64,000 nt of DNA from Chthoniobacterales bacterium (GTDB taxonomy: Bacteria > Verrucomicrobiota > Verrucomicrobiia > Chthoniobacterales > UBA6821), in assembly GCA_019747895.1 (NCBI GenBank), contig JAIEQF010000008.1:13501-77500 (forward strand). The letters run 5' to 3'. A program made the position numbers and the translations under genes. Shown here piece after piece: positions 60,434 to 64,000 of the stretch. The notes under the pieces are model-generated. The model worked only from the letters and a program-made list of their open reading frames with translations, was not told the origin of the DNA and made no database searches. The stretch's first letter is position 1, and each line of letters begins with the position of its first letter.

Positions 60434-60520
60434 GGTGAGGTGGCTGAGTGGTCGAAAGCAGCGCTTTGCTAAAGCGCCGTACTGTAAAAGGTACCGAGGG
60501 TTCGAATCCCTCCCTCACCG
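60434..60520 (+). tRNA. tRNA-Ser(GCT); CCA not encoded
   Basis: GGTGAGG/CCTCACC acceptor stem, anticodon arm GCGCT-TTGCTAA-AGCGC, long variable arm, T-loop GGTTCGAATCC. Confidence 0.95.
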
Positions 60521-60612
60521 ATATCACCTCTCAAATTTTCAGAAAGATTTGAGATGAGTTGAAGCTGAAAGTTTAAGTTGAAGTAAAAACTGATAACATT
60601 GGATAAAAAATT

Positions 60613-61647
60613 ATGTTGTTAGACCCGAAATTCACGATTACTAACGGTATCACTCAGGCGCTTTCTGCTATTGAAAGAGCCCGTGGCTTTTTAGCAGCAG
60701 CGACGTTATCAAAAGATTGGCTCAAAGAAATGCAGAGCAAAGCTTTTATTCTTGAAGCTTATTCGACCACACACATTGAGGGTGCTCAGCTCACATTAGA
60801 AGAATCAGAACTTTTGCTATCAGGAAAAAAAATTCGTGATGCTGATCCTGATGACGTCCAAGAGCTCCTCAACTATCGACGTGCTTTTGAGTTGGTTGCA
60901 AGTTACCTCGATGATGGCTCCGCAATTACAGAAGGCCTAGTACGCGAAATTCATAAAGCTCTAGTACAGGATGTCAGAGGAAACTCAGCTGCCCCTGGTG
61001 AATATCGCAAGCTTCAAAATTATATTGTTAACTCAAAAACAAAAGAGGTGATTTACACGCCACCTCCAGCCTTTGAGGTTTCAACCATGATGCAGGAACT
61101 TCTCAATTGGATTAACAAAGAGCAGAACATAAGTCCGATTCTGGTAGCAGGCATTGCTCAATTTCAATTGGTCCACATCCATCCTTTTTTAGATGGGAAC
61201 GGGAGGACAGCTCGATTGCTCGCTACTCTTTGTCTCTATCGGCACGGATATGACTTTAAGCAGCTTTTTAGCATTAGTGAATATTACGACAGAAACAGAA
61301 AAGATTATTATGAAGCCATTCAAAGTGTGCGTAACCAAAAAATGGATATGACTCACTGGTTAGAATATTTTTCTGATGGATTAGCAACACAACTCAAAGA
61401 ACTCATCGAACAGGGGAGCAGAGCGATTAAAAAAGATGTTCTGAAAAATAAACATCATCTTTCTAGCCGGCAAATGATCGCAATCAATGACATTTTAAAA
61501 AATGGAGCTTTGAACATTCAAGAATATGCAGCACTTTTGCCTCATGTTCCTCGCAGAAGCCTCCAAAGAGACCTGAAGATTTTAGTAGATAAAGAGGTCC
61601 TTTTGCCAAAAGGAGCAACTCATAAAATTGCTTATTACTTAAAGTAA
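60613..61647 (+). CDS. Fic family protein with C-terminal HTH
   Basis: [12 protein letters not shown] Fic motif, N-terminal TTHIEG inhibitory motif, [17 protein letters not shown] wHTH-like tail. Confidence 0.92.
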   Translation: MLLDPKFTITNGITQALSAIERARGFLAAATLSKDWLKEMQSKAFILEAYSTTHIEGAQLTLEESELLLSGKKIRDADPDDVQELLNYRRAFELVASYLDDGSAITEGLVREIHKALVQDVRGNSAAPGEYRKLQNYIVNSKTKEVIYTPPPAFEVSTMMQELLNWINKEQNISPILVAGIAQFQLVHIHPFLDGNGRTARLLATLCLYRHGYDFKQLFSISEYYDRNRKDYYEAIQSVRNQKMDMTHWLEYFSDGLATQLKELIEQGSRAIKKDVLKNKHHLSSRQMIAINDILKNGALNIQEYAALLPHVPRRSLQRDLKILVDKEVLLPKGATHKIAYYLK

Positions 61648-61654
61648 ACAAATT

Positions 61655-61697
61655 TTTCGCGCCACTTTCGCGCCACTTTCGCGCCACTTTCGCGCCA
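61655..61697. repeat. Perfect 11-bp tandem repeat (TTTCGCGCCAC), about 3.9 copies
   Basis: Read directly, starting 7 nt after the Fic stop codon. Confidence 0.9.
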
Positions 61698-61836
61698 ACA
61701 TTGAGAGCGTCGTAACTTTTCTTAGTAAAGATGGAAAAGAAAAGATAACCTTTGATTATTTCTCTTATCTTTTTAGTAAACTAATATACTGTATCTTTAA
61801 TTACAAATAACGTTTCAAAAAACAACAAACCCTTTG

Positions 61837-62268
61837 ATGCCAATGAGCGCTTGGATAAAAATATTTAGCAAAACTTATTCTGGAATAACAAAAGAATCTG
61901 TCTGGCGAATCTGGACCGATGTCAATCATTGGCCTCAGTGGCATGGAGATCTGGAGAGCTGCACGATGGAAGGGGCTTTTCAGGTTGGAAATTATTTTAT
62001 GCTCAAGCCAAAAGGAATGAAGGAAGTGAAAATCATGCTCGTTGACATTGAGGAAGAGAGCTCTTTCACGGACTGCACAACATTTTTAGGAGCCACCATG
62101 CACGACACTCATGCCATGGAAGAAACGCCTGAGGGATTGCGCATCACCAACACGCTCGTGGTGACCGGCCCTCTCAAATGGCTTTGGATCAAACTTGTTG
62201 CTCAGCATATCGCAGACACTATTGAGGAAGAGACTGAGGCCCTTGTTAAATTGGCTAGGCAGGTATGA
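61837..62268 (+). CDS. SRPBCC (polyketide cyclase-like) family protein
   Basis: VWRIWTDVNHWPQWH START-fold pattern; overlaps the MarR gene. Confidence 0.8.
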   Translation: MPMSAWIKIFSKTYSGITKESVWRIWTDVNHWPQWHGDLESCTMEGAFQVGNYFMLKPKGMKEVKIMLVDIEEESSFTDCTTFLGATMHDTHAMEETPEGLRITNTLVVTGPLKWLWIKLVAQHIADTIEEETEALVKLARQV

Positions 62269-62717
62269 ATACAAAATATCCCTTTGGCTTTAAAATTCCG
62301 GAAGCAAGTCCTGGCTTCTTGCTCTGGCAAACAACGATGACGTGGCAACGTCTCATTAAAAAGGCACTGGAGCCTCACGACATTTCCCATGCTCAGTTTG
62401 TCATCATGGCTACGCTCATATGGTTTGAATTACAAAAAAAAAGCCCCACCCAAGTCCTCATCGTGAACTGGACCAAGCTCGATAAAATGACCGTTTCCAA
62501 GTCCATCAAAAAACTAGTCACTTCCAAACTAGTCAACCGCATCGAACATCAAACCGATACTCGTGCCAAAAATGTTTCGTTAACAGCAAAGGGGAGGGCG
62601 CTCATTCACCAACTCATTCCACTGGTTGAACAAGTCGATGCTGAGTTTTTTGGAAAAGGAATTTCTAACAAAGATCAGTCGCTACTCTTGCAGATATTGA
62701 AAAAATTGCTTGCCTAA
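62265..62717 (+). CDS. MarR family transcriptional regulator
   Basis: SPGFLLWQ, DKMTVSKSIKKL, DTRAKNVSLTAKG. Confidence 0.9.
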   Translation: MNTKYPFGFKIPEASPGFLLWQTTMTWQRLIKKALEPHDISHAQFVIMATLIWFELQKKSPTQVLIVNWTKLDKMTVSKSIKKLVTSKLVNRIEHQTDTRAKNVSLTAKGRALIHQLIPLVEQVDAEFFGKGISNKDQSLLLQILKKLLA

Positions 62718-63178
62718 TTTGCAACCTCAAAAATCGCTTCGATCTCCACAGCCGCTCCCAGAGGGAGTGAGGAGACGCCGACTGCGGCACGAGCGTGTTT
62801 TCCGGCATCACCCAGGACAGATACGATCAAGTTAGAAGCTCCATTGATAATCTTGGGATGAGCCGTGAACTCAGGAGTCGCATTGACGAAGCCAGTGATT
62901 TTGAGGCAGCGTTTGATTTTATCGAGAGAACCCAATGCTGCTTTTGCTTGCGCTAAGATGTTGAGCATACAGTGGCGCGCGGCCTCGATTCCTTCTTCCT
63001 CAGAGACAGCAGCTCCAAGTTGCCCAGCAACTTTTACCGTGCCCTTTTCGTAGGGAAGTTGGCCGGAAACAAAAAGCAACGATCCAGAAATCGTGTAGGG
63101 AACGTAGTTGGCGAGGGGTGTGGAGACAGTGGGGAGCTCGAGTTGGAGTGTGGTTAGTTTGTTTTCGATGGAGTTCAT
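62714..63178 (-). CDS. RidA/YjgF family protein
   Basis: ANYVPY, VSGQLP, HPKIINGAS, HARAAVGVSSLPLGAAVEIE. Confidence 0.92.
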   Translation of the reverse strand: MNSIENKLTTLQLELPTVSTPLANYVPYTISGSLLFVSGQLPYEKGTVKVAGQLGAAVSEEEGIEAARHCMLNILAQAKAALGSLDKIKRCLKITGFVNATPEFTAHPKIINGASNLIVSVLGDAGKHARAAVGVSSLPLGAAVEIEAIFEVAN

Positions 63179-63291
63179 GAGAAGGGTTTAGGAGTTTAGA
63201 GGTTTTAAAAAATGTTGTATTCATTTTGATTCTAAGAAAAGAAATTTCCTTTGATTTCTTTGTGGCCATTCTCTTCTTTGCCTTTGTGCGT

Positions 63292-64000
63292 CTACGATTC
63301 CACAATCTCCTCAACCAGCTTACAAATATCCGCACATTGGTTGGGACTTTTTTCAGGATTGGTTTTGGCGAGGCAGCTCAACAAGGCCATGAGATTCAGA
63401 AGGTCAACGCGGTTCGCCCAATCGTTTGGAATCTTCACACCTTGACTGAGCAATCCGGTCAAAAAAGAGTTTTCAAAATTCGAAGGCATCTGACGTCGGT
63501 AGCGAAGCATATTGCTGATATCACAAAAGATGCTTCCAGAAAAAGGCATCTCCCAATCGAGAACGCCCGTGACTTTCCATTCTCCTTCAATTTGATCAAC
63601 CAAGAGATTGTTTGCATCAAAATCACCGTGAACAAAACTTGTTTCCTCTCCTGTGGGAAAGAGGTTTTTATTTTTCTCAGTGAACTGCTCGATTTTTAAA
63701 AGAATCTCGCTACTAAAATGAGACAAGATGATTTTTTTTTTCAAAAAGAGATTCATAAAGTGGAGATAGCCCTCTTGGGAGCAGCCTCCGATAAAAGCCA
63801 ATTCTCTATTAAAAGTTCCGGAACAAGGAAATTGAAAATTGGCAATGCGAGAGAGTACCACACCGACAGCAAACATCATTTTTTCGATTTCATGAGGGGC
63901 ATGATCGGAAAGCAAAAAATCGCGAAGAGAGATTCCTGGCATGCACTGAGCAATAGAAAATTGATATCCCTCATATTTGCCAATGTAGTGAATACAAGGC
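63292..64000 (-). CDS. Aminoglycoside phosphotransferase-family kinase (5' end beyond the window)
   Basis: VHGDFDANNLL and GVLDWE motifs; frame stays open from 63942 to the window edge. Confidence 0.85.
   Translation of the reverse strand, partial: PCIHYIGKYEGYQFSIAQCMPGISLRDFLLSDHAPHEIEKMMFAVGVVLSRIANFQFPCSGTFNRELAFIGGCSQEGYLHFMNLFLKKKIILSHFSSEILLKIEQFTEKNKNLFPTGEETSFVHGDFDANNLLVDQIEGEWKVTGVLDWEMPFSGSIFCDISNMLRYRRQMPSNFENSFLTGLLSQGVKIPNDWANRVDLLNLMALLSCLAKTNPEKSPNQCADICKLVEEIVES

Noticed and set aside
61655-61697. Match of TTTCGCGC to the eukaryotic E2F consensus
   Set aside because: Short motif in a bacterial chromosome with no mechanistic support; treated as coincidence.
60434-62717. Integrative element at tRNA-Ser
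   Set aside because: No integrase and no duplicated tRNA 3' end were found in the window.
115-63699. Many short or antisense ORFs in the six-frame track (e.g. 4898-5431, 35133-35651, 42134-42733, 55547-56131, 63226-63699)
   Set aside because: They are shadows of well-supported genes on the other strand or frame and have no recognisable motifs.
1-64000. CRISPR array
   Set aside because: No run of identical 25-40 bp repeats separated by unique spacers; the repeats are dispersed inverted pairs or spacer-less tandems, and no cas genes are present.

Overview
Bacterial chromosome segment, most consistent with a moderately AT-rich Verrucomicrobiota (Chthoniobacterales-like) organism; the taxonomy is inferred from gene content and protein style, not from a marker gene. 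The backbone is housekeeping: hom-thrC-lysC, pyk, a lone nuoD, a liv-type ABC operon, an ECF sigma/anti-sigma pair, rsmD-waaA, a tal-ROK-pgi-rpe-gnd-zwf-pgl/rpiB-glgX cluster, a SahR-like regulator divergent from metK-ahcY, hemL, nadA, acnA, tRNA-Ile2(CAT) and tRNA-Ser(GCT). Several large orphan proteins, mostly with signal peptides, are interspersed. The most striking signal is non-coding. Many gene junctions carry a cassette made of a left arm of short (6-9 nt) tandem repeats, an AT-rich spacer and an inverted right arm, in at least six unrelated sequence families. One cassette encloses a whole metallopeptidase gene inside the liv operon, and several arms supply stop codons or candidate start codons. 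A 144-bp palindromic element resembling Rickettsia RPE-1 is inserted in frame in homoserine dehydrogenase, and a second copy supplies the aconitase stop codon. A 185-bp palindromic element supplies the stop codons of two convergent genes. No CRISPR array, integrase or transposase was seen. All alignments and counts were done by eye.
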